64,000 nt of DNA. It comes from Nitrospirales bacterium. GTDB lineage: Bacteria > Nitrospirota > Nitrospiria > Nitrospirales > UBA8639. The stretch spans positions 1,088,001 through 1,152,000 of the forward strand of contig OY820905.2 in the NCBI GenBank assembly GCA_963555755.3, in the 5' to 3' direction. The notes under the pieces are model-generated. The model saw nothing but the letters and a program-made list of their open reading frames with translations, had not been told where the DNA came from and did no database searches. Positions 63,406 through 64,000 of this stretch are shown here, one piece after another (position 1 is the stretch's first letter; each line of letters begins with the position of its first letter). The position numbers were made by a program, and so were the translations under genes.

Positions 63406-63900
63406 TTGTTCATTATTCTACTCATTTTCTGCGTTACATTTTTCACGCCATTATCTCACGCCCAACTCACTGGCGACCAAGCAGAGTTGATGCGTTTACG
63501 TGACAACGCTGAAGAAGCCATGTCGATGGGCGACCCTCAGGGCGCGGCACTGAACAGTGGAAAAGCCGCGCTCATGGCAGGGCTCATGGCAAAACAGGAA
63601 ATCCGTCCTGCGCCTCACGCGCATTTCAAAAGCCTTGAGACGTTGCTTCGTGCACAGGAACATGTGTATCGAGCGATCGCCTTGTTTCAACAAAGTGGAG
63701 AACACATTCCCGCCTCGTCCGGAGTGTGCCGGACTATTTCTCTGGCTTCGACTCATCAAAAAAAGGCTGAAACTTTTTTACCGAGTCCCCTATCCGAAGA
63801 CCCTCTGTTTCAGAATCTGCCAATCGATTTACATGAATGGAAAGAGACTATTGAAGAACTACAAACGGATTTCATGTGCCGGGACGCCACCCGCCGTTAA
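63406..63900 (+). CDS. hypothetical exported helical protein
   Basis: signal peptide (SHA), 164 aa; start uncertain. Confidence 0.6.
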   Translation: MFIILLIFCVTFFTPLSHAQLTGDQAELMRLRDNAEEAMSMGDPQGAALNSGKAALMAGLMAKQEIRPAPHAHFKSLETLLRAQEHVYRAIALFQQSGEHIPASSGVCRTISLASTHQKKAETFLPSPLSEDPLFQNLPIDLHEWKETIEELQTDFMCRDATRR

Positions 63901-64000
63901 TCAAGACAGATTTGTAAGACAAGGGCTGGAAGGGACTGTAAGGCTTTCGGAGGAATTCCTCGTCAATGAACTGATTATCGAGCTCATCACTTCTTGAGCC

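Overview
64 kb of a bacterial chromosome. Gene content and repeat types suggest a Nitrospirales-like organism (inference only). A housekeeping backbone (metH, proC, mutY/mutT, moaB, clpS, cspA, a Pal-like lipoprotein, tRNA-Leu(TAA), a three-gene radical SAM cluster with PhzF, and three paralogous exported HEAT-repeat proteins) is heavily invaded by mobile DNA. This includes three 1904-bp ISAs1-family copies carrying a DUF4338/DruA-like domain and a conserved -1 slippery site, an IS110 whose bridge RNA can be read from the sequence, an IS256 splitting a histone-H1-like gene, and a TIR-flanked RAYT/Y1 element. There are also IS1380, IS481 and probable group II intron remnants, and at least eight MITE families that nest in one another at fixed sites. 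A ~14.2-kb accessory block (3707-17827) is bounded by a 65-bp perfect direct repeat inside the 3' end of a HEAT-repeat gene. It carries a decaying carbamoyltransferase-methyltransferase fusion next to a hybrid kinase whose sensor is a cysteine-hydrolase domain lacking its catalytic Asp (candidate signal synthase/receptor pair), plus an apparently split, complementary histidine kinase pair. All family calls come from motif recognition by eye; no database searches were run.
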